Positions 9,431-19,282 of a stretch of DNA of 64,000 bases are shown here, one piece after another (the stretch's first letter is position 1; each line of letters opens with the position of its first letter). The position numbers were made by a program, and so were the translations under genes. The stretch comes from Qipengyuania sp. (GTDB taxonomy: Bacteria > Pseudomonadota > Alphaproteobacteria > Sphingomonadales > Sphingomonadaceae). The stretch spans positions 196 through 64,195 of the forward strand of contig NZ_JBHWMI010000029.1 in assembly GCF_043423005.1 (NCBI RefSeq). The letters are read 5' to 3'. Under the pieces are notes generated by a model. It worked only from the letters and a program-made list of their open reading frames with translations. It did not search any database and had not been told where the DNA came from.

Positions 9431-11187
9431 GCGGCGGCTGCTTGGCGATTGCCGGGCGGATGCAGGAAGGGTAGACGCCTGCTCGCGCCGTGCGGGTGTG
9501 GCGGAATGGTAGACGCCGGGGACTTAAAATCCCCTGAGTTATGCTCGTGTGGGTTCGAGTCCCACCACCCGCACCATTCCCGGTCAAAGATGGGCACCGC
9601 GCCCTTTGACCGGGCAACTGCCGCGACCCCATGCGCCAGAGCGTCTTTCTCGCCGTGGATCGTGACCTGCCGAGGCTCCACCCGGACCTGCTTCACGAAG
9701 GCCCTTACGATCTGTTGCCGTTCGGGTTGGTCGCCACTGACAAGACGGTCACGGACAATATCGCCGAATTTCCTCACAGCCGTGGGAGTTATTCTGGCAG
9801 GCCCACGCTCGACCTGCTGGCGCAGCGTCTTTGCAGTCTGATTTAGAGCGTCGATCTCGGCACGGTGTGACTTGATCCTCGCGGCGATGTCGGGATCGCG
9901 CGCTGACAGGGTTTCGGCTTCGATACCATCATAAAGGAGGCAGAGACGCCGCCGTGCGCTGGCAATGCCATCCTCGCACTGCGTGATTTCTTCGAGCTTG
10001 CGACCTCGTGCTTCATCAGAGAAATCGAGAACGCGCTGAAGCAGGACTTCGAGGCGGTCGTCTACGAACAGTCGTTCCGCGAGCTCTCGCATAACGAGTT
10101 CGTCGAGCTGTTCGGCTCGAACGCTGGGACAATCGCATGATCCAGCGCCGCGGTTGGTCCTCGCATGGCAGGTGTAATAGCGGTAGCGCCCACCCTTGCC
10201 GGTCCGGATGGTCATCCCGCATCCGCAGCCTTCGATACCGCAGCGTGCAAGACCGACGAGCAGGGTGGGACCATTAACGATGCGCGGTGCGACGTTGCGC
10301 GGAGCGCGCTCCTCGCGAAGCGCCGCTACGCGGTCGAATTGCTCCTGCGATATGATCGAGGGGCAGGTGACCCAAGTCCATTCGTCTTCGGGCAGAAGCC
10401 TTCCATCGACCCCGAACCGGTTGCCAGCGAACCGCCCCGTGTAATGCGTTCGGGCCAGTATTCCTGCAACGTTGGAATTGAAGAACTTTCTGCCGCGAAA
10501 CGTGTAACCATGCGCGTTCAGGTGATCGGCGATGGCACGGCCACCCATGGCCGAACCGCCTGCCCCTGAGGCCATATCGAAGATCAGTCGCACGACCTGT
10601 GCCTCATCGTCGCGAATGAAGAGCTTCTTCTTTTCTTTCTTGCCGCGTAGTTCGACCGTGCGGCTTTCGTAGCCAAGGGGGATCGGGCCTCCGGTCCAAA
10701 AGCCTTCCTCGGCAGTCCCTCTCAATCCGCGCCGCGTATTGGCGGCTGCCTTGATGATAGCATCCTCGTCCTGCCACGCGGTCAGTATCTGATGAAGCTG
10801 GCCCGAATGGCTGTCCTCGAACGTTTGATAGACTAGCTGCAGTTCCACGCCCGCGCGCTTGAGCTGGCTCCTCAACAGAATGGAGAATTCGAGATCGCGT
10901 GCGATGCGGGCAAGGTCGCAGGCAACGATGACATCGACGGGGTGTTCGTCGCTGCAAGCGTGTAACAGCATGCGTTCCAGGCTCGGTCGAGACCGGTCAC
11001 TGCCCGAAATGCCGCCATCTTGGAAAACGTCGAGGACCGTGTAACCGCGATCTTCGCAATATTGCCGCGCATCGCGCTCCTGCTGGTCAAGCGAGGTGCG
11101 GTGCTCCGCCTGTTCCTGCGTGCTGACGCGGGTGTAGATGAAAGCGCGCTTGCTGCCGTCGTTGGGTCTATGCATCTTACGCATCAC
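9385..11187 (-). CDS. Large serine recombinase/integrase
   Basis: YTRVS catalytic motif, [15 protein letters not shown], recombinase domain, Zn-ribbon CGIEGCG...YYTC...CDC, coiled coil. The last 61 aa are read antisense through the tRNA and the ihfB end. Confidence 0.93.
   Translation of the reverse strand: MMRKMHRPNDGSKRAFIYTRVSTQEQAEHRTSLDQQERDARQYCEDRGYTVLDVFQDGGISGSDRSRPSLERMLLHACSDEHPVDVIVACDLARIARDLEFSILLRSQLKRAGVELQLVYQTFEDSHSGQLHQILTAWQDEDAIIKAAANTRRGLRGTAEEGFWTGGPIPLGYESRTVELRGKKEKKKLFIRDDEAQVVRLIFDMASGAGGSAMGGRAIADHLNAHGYTFRGRKFFNSNVAGILARTHYTGRFAGNRFGVDGRLLPEDEWTWVTCPSIISQEQFDRVAALREERAPRNVAPRIVNGPTLLVGLARCGIEGCGCGMTIRTGKGGRYRYYTCHARTNRGAGSCDCPSVRAEQLDELVMRELAERLFVDDRLEVLLQRVLDFSDEARGRKLEEITQCEDGIASARRRLCLLYDGIEAETLSARDPDIAARIKSHRAEIDALNQTAKTLRQQVERGPARITPTAVRKFGDIVRDRLVSGDQPERQQIVRAFVKQVRVEPRQVTIHGEKDALAHGVAAVARSKGAVPIFDREWCGWWDSNPHEHNSGDFKSPASTIPPHPHGASRRLPFLHPPGNRQAAAAQSLRRSRISLPGLK
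9492..9576 (+). tRNA. tRNA-Leu, anticodon TAA; integration target of the island
   Basis: GCGGGTG...TGGTAGAC, anticodon arm GGGGA-CTTAAAA-TCCCC, long variable arm, GTTCGAGTC T-loop, ends CACCCGCACCA. Confidence 0.95.
9571..9597 (+). repeat. Left attachment site (core GCACCA + arm AAAGATGGGCAC)
   Basis: Arm 9586-9597 is the exact reverse complement of 46662-46673. Confidence 0.85.
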
Positions 11188-11293
11188 GCCTCCTTACATT
11201 CCGTGTCCTTTATCAGCTTCTCGACAAGCGCGATGCGCCTAAGTGCCGGCAGTGCGATGGCGCTCTCACGCTGTCGCCCCCAAATGACCGCAT

Positions 11294-11659
11294 TCAGGGT
11301 GTCTGATGGACGAATTGCAGTTCGACGCCCGCCCGTTCGAGCTGTCCTTTCAAAACTATGGAAGATTCGAGATCGCGGGCGACCCGTGTGAGATCGCTTG
11401 CCACGATCACGTCGACTGGCTGGTCGTCGCTATTGGCAAGAAGCAGCATGCGCACCAATCCCGGCCGAGACCGATCACTGCCCGAGAAGCCGGCATCTCG
11501 GAACACCTCGGCAACAGACAGCCCGCGATCTTCGCAGTATTGCCGCGTGTCGTACTCTTGCTGGTCGAGCGCTTTGTGCTGCTCCGCCTGTTGGTCCTCG
11601 CTTACCCGCGCATAGATGTAGGCGCGCTTACAGCTGCCGTTCGGTTTTTGCTCACTCAT
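11294..11659 (-). CDS. Truncated serine recombinase, catalytic (resolvase) domain only; paralog of the adjacent integrase N-terminus
   Basis: YARVS...RQYCEDRG...SGSDRSRP...PVDVIVA...RAGVELQ aligns ungapped with the integrase N-terminal ~120 aa. Confidence 0.8.
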   Translation of the reverse strand: MSEQKPNGSCKRAYIYARVSEDQQAEQHKALDQQEYDTRQYCEDRGLSVAEVFRDAGFSGSDRSRPGLVRMLLLANSDDQPVDVIVASDLTRVARDLESSIVLKGQLERAGVELQFVHQTP

Positions 11660-11865
11660 TACGTGTCCTCGCGTTTCGTTTCTGGACCAAGCACCTCGGC
11701 GAGAGTTGTCTCACCGACTAAAGCCAATAGCAGTTGGGCGAGATCGTCGTCCGAAGGCTCGACCCAGTCGATCCAAACGACCGCTTTGCCCAGCCGGAGC
11801 GTATCGCCGCACTCTTGCGTGCGTACAATGCCACCGGGCGACAAGAGGCGCACGGGCCGGTTCAC
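11659..11865 (-). CDS. Small hypothetical protein (68 aa), candidate recombination directionality factor
   Basis: Stop overlaps the next start (TAATG). Function inferred from position only. Confidence 0.45.
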   Translation of the reverse strand: MNRPVRLLSPGGIVRTQECGDTLRLGKAVVWIDWVEPSDDDLAQLLLALVGETTLAEVLGPETKREDT

Positions 11866-12126
11866 GGCTGTCCCGATCTGAATCGATCAGCAGCGTGATG
11901 TGCGATGGTGGCAATGGGAGGGCGAGGCCGATCATCACAGCCACATGCGGCCATCCCGAGCAAGCTTTGCCTTGGCGCGATAGCAGTAATGCGCGAATCG
12001 GATGGGACCACAGCCATGAGCCGGTCATGGTCATTTCAAAACGCACGTTCACTGGTGGTGCAATGGCCGACCAGATTTTGCGTGCGAGAATGAAAATCCT
12101 ACAAGCACTTTATAATCCCTAACGGA

Positions 12127-13866
12127 GTGCTTGAAATGTGGGTCCTTGGTCTGTTTCTCGGCATCACCTCTTTCTGGAGGAGGCTGCTCTACCTGTCGCG
12201 CTATGGACGTCAGGACATACACCTCTTCGCCGCTTTCGCGGCAAGAGAGTTTGCCGCACCCACGGCCATAAAGCTCCACAAGCTTCCCAACGACTTCTAC
12301 CTCTGGGTCAAGCGCGTCGAGAAGCAGCTGGCACTTGAAGCCTTTTTCCCGAGAGGTGCCCGGCTCGGGACATTCGCTCACTCTCCCGTCCTCCAACTTC
12401 GCGACCATTTCGACCAACCTCTGTCCGAGAGATCGTCCCCTTGGTCTGTAGAGGGTCTCGACGACCATTATCGCCAGGTTACTGGCCTGTCGGCCTCTAT
12501 CGATACAGTCATGCAGAACGACGCGGGTTACTCGGTCGGCAGCTTTGCCAAGGAGTTATTCTCGCTTTTGCAAGTGGATGCGGTGCTGGCCTATTTGCTG
12601 CTCAACCGTGAAATCCAGCTCGCCGCTGCGCACCACGCCGGAAGGGTTCACAAGCTCTTCCTGCTCAAGACTTCGTTGATTGACCAATTTTCGCATCTGC
12701 GCGGTAACATCATCGCGCATGGTGCCGCGGTGGCGATGCACGAATACCTGTGGTCCATCGTGACCGAGATCAGGAAGGCCAAGGAGATCGACGATCAGCG
12801 CAGGGCCACAAAAAAAATTCTCAACGCCCTCAATCTGAAAGGGGCCGATCTCGCGCGGCGGTTGAACCCCGCGACGAAGGATCTCGACTACGACATGCCG
12901 ATGGACGCGGTGTCGGTGAGTGTGGCGGCTCTTTACAGAGCGGCGAACGATGGCGAGATCGATCGGGAGAGAGGTCTCGACGAGGTCTATCTGGCACTAG
13001 GCCGTAAGGGCGGCAAAGGCGGCGACAGGACCGACCAGCCACTCGTGCATTATTACGGGCTGACCTGGGACCGTCTTCTCGCTCTGGGTACCTTCGAGAT
13101 CGTCGTCGTCATGATCGGACTGCACAGGAAGCGGCGCACCCACGGGGTTCATCCGAAGGTCGAGAAGGTAGTGAGGCCTGCGGGGCGACTGACGAGGGAT
13201 ATCGTCTGGGCCGCGCCGAACAGTCTTAAATCGGAATGGGACTCCATCCAGCGTCGTCTGCACTTCCTGATGATGTGCTATCTTCCGCCAGCCCATAACA
13301 AGGGGGGTGGTGGCCGCTTCGACCCTTCGCTCCTGCTCGATCCGACCAAAGACTGGAAAGCATACGACAAGGGCGCCCGCAGGAACCCGTTACGCCGGAT
13401 CGAGGTCGCCAGATCGTTCACCGAAATCGTCGACACGATCCGGTACAGGCTCACTCTGGCATCGCGAATGTTCGCGGTGGCCACGAAACTGGTGGTCGCA
13501 AGACCGAACGAACTCCCTCACCACACCGAACGGCGCAAGCGCGGAAGCAAAGTCGCGGCGCTGCTCGCATCCTCGCTCACCATGGTCACCTCGGATCCGC
13601 TGTTCATTCCGCTGTTGAAGAATGCGGTGGAGCGAGCGGGCTTCGAACAAACCAGAGGGACGAAGAGGAAGAAGCGAGGCGCTAAGACTGCCACTTCGAG
13701 AGCAGGGGCAGACGCTTCCGAAAGCTGTTTCGATGCTGGACTGGCCGACGCCGCTGGAAGCACGGCCTTTGTTGATGAGGTTAGAGAACCAGAGCCAGGC
13801 AGGCACTGGGGACGAAAAGTTCCAACCCGCCTTGCAACGAGAGGCGACGGTTCGGTTTCAGCGTAG
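12127..13866 (+). CDS. Hypothetical protein (579 aa)
   Basis: Long ORF with protein-like composition; no family recognised; start uncertain. Confidence 0.65.
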   Translation: MLEMWVLGLFLGITSFWRRLLYLSRYGRQDIHLFAAFAAREFAAPTAIKLHKLPNDFYLWVKRVEKQLALEAFFPRGARLGTFAHSPVLQLRDHFDQPLSERSSPWSVEGLDDHYRQVTGLSASIDTVMQNDAGYSVGSFAKELFSLLQVDAVLAYLLLNREIQLAAAHHAGRVHKLFLLKTSLIDQFSHLRGNIIAHGAAVAMHEYLWSIVTEIRKAKEIDDQRRATKKILNALNLKGADLARRLNPATKDLDYDMPMDAVSVSVAALYRAANDGEIDRERGLDEVYLALGRKGGKGGDRTDQPLVHYYGLTWDRLLALGTFEIVVVMIGLHRKRRTHGVHPKVEKVVRPAGRLTRDIVWAAPNSLKSEWDSIQRRLHFLMMCYLPPAHNKGGGGRFDPSLLLDPTKDWKAYDKGARRNPLRRIEVARSFTEIVDTIRYRLTLASRMFAVATKLVVARPNELPHHTERRKRGSKVAALLASSLTMVTSDPLFIPLLKNAVERAGFEQTRGTKRKKRGAKTATSRAGADASESCFDAGLADAAGSTAFVDEVREPEPGRHWGRKVPTRLATRGDGSVSA

Positions 13867-14118
13867 ATGTTCTAGTGACACGGCGGGGAGCGCCATCATG
13901 TCGGACAATTCACGTCAGATTTGCGCCCTAATTTCGGTCATTAGCATGGTTCGCCTCGCGACTTGAAAGCTGCCGTTTGCTCAACACGCCACTGTGGCGA
14001 CACTGCTCGGGCTCGCAAAATGGCCCTGCCCTTGCCAATGGACCTCCACAAGCGCTCGATGCGTATGGCTTTGTCATGCCGTTCCAAAGTCATTCTGTAT
14101 TCGCTAAACGCGCATCGT

Positions 14119-15117
14119 ATGACCCGAGCCGACTTCCAGCGCCTGATCGACGACAAGACTAAGCCGATAGGGTCATTGGGAAGGCTCGAGAGCCTTGCAG
14201 TTCAGGCTGCTGCGATCCTTGGCGACATGACTCCGTCGAATGCTTCGGCATCGTTGACCATTTTCGCAGCTGATCATGGGATTGCCGCACAGCGTGTGTC
14301 CGCGTTCCCGCAGGAGGTTACCGGCCAAATGGTCGTCAACTTCCTTGCAGGCGGAGCCGCTGCGAATGTCATCGCGGCGCAATTCGACATACCGGTGACC
14401 GTCGTTGACTGCGGAATCGCGCATCCGCCGCGCCGACGTGATGGGCTTATCGATCTGTCGTTGGGAGGGGGAACGGCCGACAGTTCGACAGGGCCTGCGA
14501 TGTCGCCCGAGACGGCAAGGAAGGCGATTGCGCAAGGGCGACATTTCGCATGCGGTATTGAAAGCAAGATCGTCTGTTTCGGCGAGATGGGCATCGCGAA
14601 CACTTCCGCTGCAGCCCTGCTTGCGCACAAGCTGAGCGGCATTTCCGTGGCCGAACTCGTCGGGCGAGGGACGGGCCTCGACGATACCGCTCTCTCCCAC
14701 AAGCAAGATGTTCTCGAACGCGCAGCTGCGCGGACTGGAGCGCTTGCGCCGATTGAAGCGCTGGCCGACCTCGGCGGCTTTGAGATCGGCACGATGGCGG
14801 GTGCAATGGTTGGCGCCGGGACATCGAATAAACTTGTGGTGGTCGATGGCTTTATAGCGACCGCTGCCGCCGCGCTTGCGCGGGCGATCGAGCCAGACTG
14901 TGAACGGGCCTTTGTCTATGCGCATCGCTCGGCAGAACACGGCCATCGGACGCTGCTCGACTGGCTAGAAGCCGAACCACTGCTTGACCTCGACATGCGG
15001 CTGGGCGAAGGGACCGGCGCGTTGTTGGCCGTGCCGATTATTCACGCCGCGCTCTCGCTTTTCGGCATGGCAAGCTTTTCTCAGGCAGGGGTGTCCGGCG
15101 CTCCCCCGATTTCATGA
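14119..15117 (+). CDS. cobT: Nicotinate-nucleotide-dimethylbenzimidazole phosphoribosyltransferase
   Basis: KTKPIGSLGRLE, FAADHG, GEMGIANT, GRGTG, DGFI, LDMRLGEGTGA. Confidence 0.95.
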   Translation: MTRADFQRLIDDKTKPIGSLGRLESLAVQAAAILGDMTPSNASASLTIFAADHGIAAQRVSAFPQEVTGQMVVNFLAGGAAANVIAAQFDIPVTVVDCGIAHPPRRRDGLIDLSLGGGTADSSTGPAMSPETARKAIAQGRHFACGIESKIVCFGEMGIANTSAAALLAHKLSGISVAELVGRGTGLDDTALSHKQDVLERAAARTGALAPIEALADLGGFEIGTMAGAMVGAGTSNKLVVVDGFIATAAAALARAIEPDCERAFVYAHRSAEHGHRTLLDWLEAEPLLDLDMRLGEGTGALLAVPIIHAALSLFGMASFSQAGVSGAPPIS

Positions 15118-15866
15118 AGCGTCCATTCGCCGCCGCTTTGGCCGCGTGGGTGTTCCTAACGCGACTTCCTTTGCCCGCGGCGCAGCTCGACGAGAGCGAT
15201 TTCGAGGCCGCGCCCGGCTTCTATCCGCTGGTCGGCGTGTTGATCGGCGTAATCGGCGCTGCCGCTTTCGCGCTCGGCTGGGCGATCGGCGGGGCCTTCA
15301 TCGCAGCGATCTTCGGCACTGCGGCTACCTTGCTGGCAACCGGTGCATTTCACGAGGATGGCCTGGCGGACCTGTTTGATGGGCAAGGCGCGACAACGTC
15401 TGAGCGGATGATGGAGATCATGCGCGACAGCCGGCTCGGCACATTCGGAGCCGCAGCGCTGTTCATAGTTCTGCTGCTCAAGATCGCGGCACTGGCGCAA
15501 CTCCCTTTCATGGTCGCACTCGCCGCCCTGCCCGTGGCGCACGGAGCCTCGCGCCTGTCGGCAGTGATCGTGATCGCGACAAGTCGTTACGCACGTGCCG
15601 AGGGGATCGCCAAGCCGGTTGCGAAGGGGATCGGAGCAGCGCCGCTGGTGGTGGCGACGCTCACCGGGATCGCTGCGGTCGCAATCGGTGCGACCATTCT
15701 TGGGCCCGGCGCAGCGCTATGCGGCTTGGCCGGCCTTGCCATCGGCCATATCTCGACGCGGCTGCTCTTCGAGCGTAAGCTTGGCGGCTATACTGGCGAT
15801 TGCCTCGGCGCGGTGCAGCAGATCAGCGAAGTCGGTTTCTATCTTGGCACCCTCGCATGGCTCTGA
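15114..15866 (+). CDS. cobS: Adenosylcobinamide-GDP ribazoletransferase (cobalamin synthase)
   Basis: FLTRLP, TGAFHEDGLADLFDG, IMRDSRLGTFG, GGYTGDCLGA. Confidence 0.95.
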   Translation: MKRPFAAALAAWVFLTRLPLPAAQLDESDFEAAPGFYPLVGVLIGVIGAAAFALGWAIGGAFIAAIFGTAATLLATGAFHEDGLADLFDGQGATTSERMMEIMRDSRLGTFGAAALFIVLLLKIAALAQLPFMVALAALPVAHGASRLSAVIVIATSRYARAEGIAKPVAKGIGAAPLVVATLTGIAAVAIGATILGPGAALCGLAGLAIGHISTRLLFERKLGGYTGDCLGAVQQISEVGFYLGTLAWL

Positions 15867-16390
15867 TCCTGCTCCGCCATGGCAAGCCGCAGATCGAAGC
15901 GGGCGTTTGCTACGGCCAGTCGGACGTTCCCGCCAAAGCCTTTGACCAGAAAGACCTTCATGCACTGGTGGCCGCGTTGCCCAGCCGCTTTGCACGGATC
16001 GACAGCAGCCCACTGATCCGATGCACTGCGGTGGCGGAGCAGTTGTCCGCGCATTTCGACCTTCCCGTCCACGCCGACCCGAGACTGATGGAGATCGATT
16101 TCGGGAACTGGGAAATGCAGGTGTGGGACGATATTTCTCGTCACGAGATCGATGAGTGGGCAGAAGATATCGAAGGTGCTCGCCCGCACGGAGGGGAGAG
16201 TGTCGCGCAAATGGCTGAGCGGGTTCGCACATATCTGCTCGATTCCGCGAGGATCGAGGGACATATCCTTGCCATCACGCATCTCGGCGTCGTCCGTTGC
16301 GTCGCCGCGGCCCTCGGTCGACCTAACCCATTTGAACTCGAACTCGGCTTCGGCCAGTTCCTCACCGTTGAACCAAGAGGGGGCGTATGA
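15857..16390 (+). CDS. cobC: Alpha-ribazole/adenosylcobalamin phosphatase (histidine phosphatase)
   Basis: LLRHG, SSPLIRC, EIDFGNWE, THLGV; cob operon context. Confidence 0.85.
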   Translation: MALILLRHGKPQIEAGVCYGQSDVPAKAFDQKDLHALVAALPSRFARIDSSPLIRCTAVAEQLSAHFDLPVHADPRLMEIDFGNWEMQVWDDISRHEIDEWAEDIEGARPHGGESVAQMAERVRTYLLDSARIEGHILAITHLGVVRCVAAALGRPNPFELELGFGQFLTVEPRGGV

Positions 16391-16992
16391 GCGAGACCGA
16401 CAGCGATACACACAAGGAGAAGATGAAGGAGCTGCAGGCCGCGCAAGCGAAGCGGCGCCGGGAGCTCAAGGATCCAGAACGCGGCCTCGTGCTGGTCCAC
16501 ACCGGCGATGGGAAGGGCAAGTCGAGCTCGGCCTTCGGGGTCATCGCCCGCGCGCTGGGCTGGGGACAGAAGGTTGCCGTGGTGCAATTCATCAAGGGCA
16601 AGTGGAAGACGGGCGAGAAGAAGTTTTTCTCGCGCTTCCCGGATTTGGTGGACTGGCACGTCATGGGCGACGGTTTCACATGGGATACGCAGGACAGGGA
16701 TCGCGATATCGAAGCCGCGGAAACGGCATTGGCCAAGGCCGGTGAGTTGATCGCGAGCGGCGACTACGCCTTGGTCGTGCTCGACGAAATCAATATCGCG
16801 TTGCGCTACGAATACCTGACGCCCGCGGCAGTGATCGAGGCGCTGGAACGCAGGGGTGATACCCGGATCATCCTTACCGGGCGGGACGCTAAGCCCGAAC
16901 TGATCGATTATGCCGACACCGTCACCGAGATGGCCGAAATCAAGCACGCCTACCACGCCGGTATCCGCGCGCAGCAGGGCATCGACTTCTAG
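16387..16992 (+). CDS. cobO: Corrinoid adenosyltransferase (CobO/BtuR)
   Basis: HTGDGKGKSSSAFG, QFIKG, LDEIN, LTGR, AQQGIDF. Confidence 0.96.
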   Translation: MSETDSDTHKEKMKELQAAQAKRRRELKDPERGLVLVHTGDGKGKSSSAFGVIARALGWGQKVAVVQFIKGKWKTGEKKFFSRFPDLVDWHVMGDGFTWDTQDRDRDIEAAETALAKAGELIASGDYALVVLDEINIALRYEYLTPAAVIEALERRGDTRIILTGRDAKPELIDYADTVTEMAEIKHAYHAGIRAQQGIDF

Positions 16993-17039
16993 CAGGCAAG
17001 GATTGACAGCAACGGACGAGGCGAGCATTGGCGCGGACA

Positions 17040-17220
17040 GACGGTGCTGCAGGTGCGAAATCGCCTGAAGCTAAGAGGGAAGCCGGTGCGATACCGGCGC
17101 TGTGCCCGCAACTGTGAGCCAGGAGCCCCGAACCAACACGTCACTGGCCAAGCCCTGCACTGGGTGGCGCCGGGAAGACGGTTCGAAGGCGTTGATCGGC
17201 AAGCCAGGAGACCTGCCGTC
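17040..17220 (+). promoter_or_regulatory. Cobalamin riboswitch
   Basis: AAGAGGGAA, CCGGTGCGATACCGG, GCCCGCAACTGT, CACTG...GGGAAG and B12 box GCCAGGAGACCTGCC, directly upstream of btuB. Confidence 0.93.
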
Positions 17221-17395
17221 GCGTCGTTCGTCCGGGGCCGGGTCCAGCCCAGTGGGACAGGAAAGTTCTTTTCCGAAGTAACGACAGCCAGGCCGGTTAC
17301 CGGCGCTGCGGCTCTCGGCGAGCGGCAGCGGGCCATCTGTCGAGTTGACCATGCGGGCACCGGAGCCTCCGCGTGGGCTGGCTTTGGATTTTGCA

Positions 17396-19279
17396 ATGAA
17401 AACCGTACTCTATCTGTCCGTCGCGGCATCGGCCGTGGCGCTGTGTTCGACCGGAGCATTCGCCCAGTCGGTCGATCGCCCCGAAGACGAGGAACTGGGC
17501 TCCGAAACGATCGTCGTCACCGCCAATCGCACCGAACGGGCGATCAGCCAGGTAGGTGAATCGGTCACCGTCGTCGAGGAAGAGGAAATAGTGAACCGTC
17601 AGCCGAGCGATGTGCTCGATGTGCTGCGCACCGTCCCCGGCGTCACCTTCAACCGTAATGGCGGCATCGGCACTAATGCTGGCGTCTCCATCCGCGGGGC
17701 CGAAAGCGACCAGACCGTTGTGCTGATCGACGGCGTGAAGCTGAACGATCCGGCGTCGCCCGGCGGCGGGTTCAATTTCGGACCGCTGCTGCTGGGCAAT
17801 ATCGCCCGGGTGGAAGTGGTGCGCGGTTCGCAGAGCGTGCTCTACGGCAGCCAGGCGATCGGCGGTGTCGTGAACCTAATCACGCGCGAACCGACCGAGG
17901 AACTCGGCATGTTTGCCCGTGCCGAATATGGCGCGCGCGATACGGCGGAACTGACCGGCAATGTTTCGGGTCGGTTCGGCCCGGTCGCGGCCAGCATCGG
18001 GGCAAGCTATCTGCATACCGACGGCATCTCTGCCTTCAGCGAAGCGCGGGGCGGGGCCGAGAGGGACGGTTTCGAAAGCCTTGGCGTCAATGGCAAGATC
18101 GACATAGCCCTGAGCGAAAACCTCTCCATCGATCTGCGCGGCTTCTACGCCGACGGCGAAGTGGGCATCGATGGCTTCCCGGCTCCCGATTACGTCTTCG
18201 CGGATGTCGATGAAGTTTCCTATCGCAACGATTTCGTTGGTTATGCGGGGCTGAATGCCGACTTCCTCGACGGTCGTTTCCGCAATCGGCTGGGCTTCGC
18301 CTACACCAATATCGATCGCCGCAACTTCAACTTCGATACCGATACCGAGACGTTCGACGCCAATGGCGAGAATCGTCGCTACGAGTATCAGGGCGTGTTC
18401 GACGCCGCCGAGTTTGTCGAACTGGTCTTCGGGGCCGAGCGCGAGGAATCCGATTTTCGCAGCGGCACCGATGAAGCCGACGTCTGGATCAACAGCGTCT
18501 ACGGACAGGTCAACCTGAGCCCCGTGACAGGTCTCTCGTTGACCGGGGGCGTGCGCTACGACGATCACGAGACCTTCGGCGATGCAACGACTTTCGCGGC
18601 CAGCGGCGCCTACACTCCCAATAGCGGCGATACCGTGGTGCGGGCCAGCTATGGCGAAGGCTTCAAGGCCCCATCGCTCTATCAGATCTATAGCACCTAC
18701 GGGAATCCGGCCCTTCTGCCGGAGGAATCGGAAAGCTGGGATGTCGGCATAACGCACAGCTTCCTCGATCGGCGTGCGCAGATCGGTGTCACCTATTTCG
18801 AGAGGGATTCGACCAATCTGATCGGCTTCGTCTCGACCGCGACACCGCCTTTCGGCTTCTACGACAACACCGAACTCGCATCGGCGAAAGGCTGGGAGTT
18901 CGGACTCGCGGTCCGTCCGGTCGACGGCTTCGATGTCGCGCTGAACTACACCGATATCGATGCGATCGACGAGACCACCGGCAACAAGCTTGCCCGGCGT
19001 GCCGAAGACAAGGCCGACTTGGTGGTCGATTACCGGATGAGTAACGGCATCGGCATCGGAGCCACCGTTCTCGTTGTCGGGGACAGCTTCGACAATGCAA
19101 GCAACACACGGCAACTGGGCGGCTATGTGGTGGCCGACCTTCGGGCCAGCTACGGTGTCACCGAGCAGCTGGAGATCTTCGGACGGGTCGAGAACCTGTT
19201 CGATGAGGAATACGAGACCGTTTATCGTTACGGCCAGCCCGGTCGCGCGGTATTCGGCGGCGTGCGCTTCCGGATGTAG
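17396..19279 (+). CDS. btuB: TonB-dependent corrinoid receptor
   Basis: Signal peptide, TonB box ETIVVTANR, plug IRGAESDQTVVLIDG, C-terminal NLFDEEY; follows the riboswitch. Confidence 0.9.
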   Translation: MKTVLYLSVAASAVALCSTGAFAQSVDRPEDEELGSETIVVTANRTERAISQVGESVTVVEEEEIVNRQPSDVLDVLRTVPGVTFNRNGGIGTNAGVSIRGAESDQTVVLIDGVKLNDPASPGGGFNFGPLLLGNIARVEVVRGSQSVLYGSQAIGGVVNLITREPTEELGMFARAEYGARDTAELTGNVSGRFGPVAASIGASYLHTDGISAFSEARGGAERDGFESLGVNGKIDIALSENLSIDLRGFYADGEVGIDGFPAPDYVFADVDEVSYRNDFVGYAGLNADFLDGRFRNRLGFAYTNIDRRNFNFDTDTETFDANGENRRYEYQGVFDAAEFVELVFGAEREESDFRSGTDEADVWINSVYGQVNLSPVTGLSLTGGVRYDDHETFGDATTFAASGAYTPNSGDTVVRASYGEGFKAPSLYQIYSTYGNPALLPEESESWDVGITHSFLDRRAQIGVTYFERDSTNLIGFVSTATPPFGFYDNTELASAKGWEFGLAVRPVDGFDVALNYTDIDAIDETTGNKLARRAEDKADLVVDYRMSNGIGIGATVLVVGDSFDNASNTRQLGGYVVADLRASYGVTEQLEIFGRVENLFDEEYETVYRYGQPGRAVFGGVRFRM

Positions 19280-19282
19280 TCG

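Noticed and set aside
11290..11302. Programmed +1 frameshift at CCC-TGA ending the mini-recombinase
   Set aside because: The +1 frame closes after about 10 codons; the longer continuation is in the other frame and has no slippery heptamer
12810..12817. A8 homopolymer as a phase-variation switch
   Set aside because: Short, in frame, simply encodes Thr-Lys-Lys-Ile; no supporting evidence
13963..14118. N-terminal extensions given by the ORF track for cobT (also GDH, cobD, btuC, DUF3800, ABC ATPase)
   Set aside because: Family similarity begins at downstream ATGs, and several extensions overlap neighbouring genes
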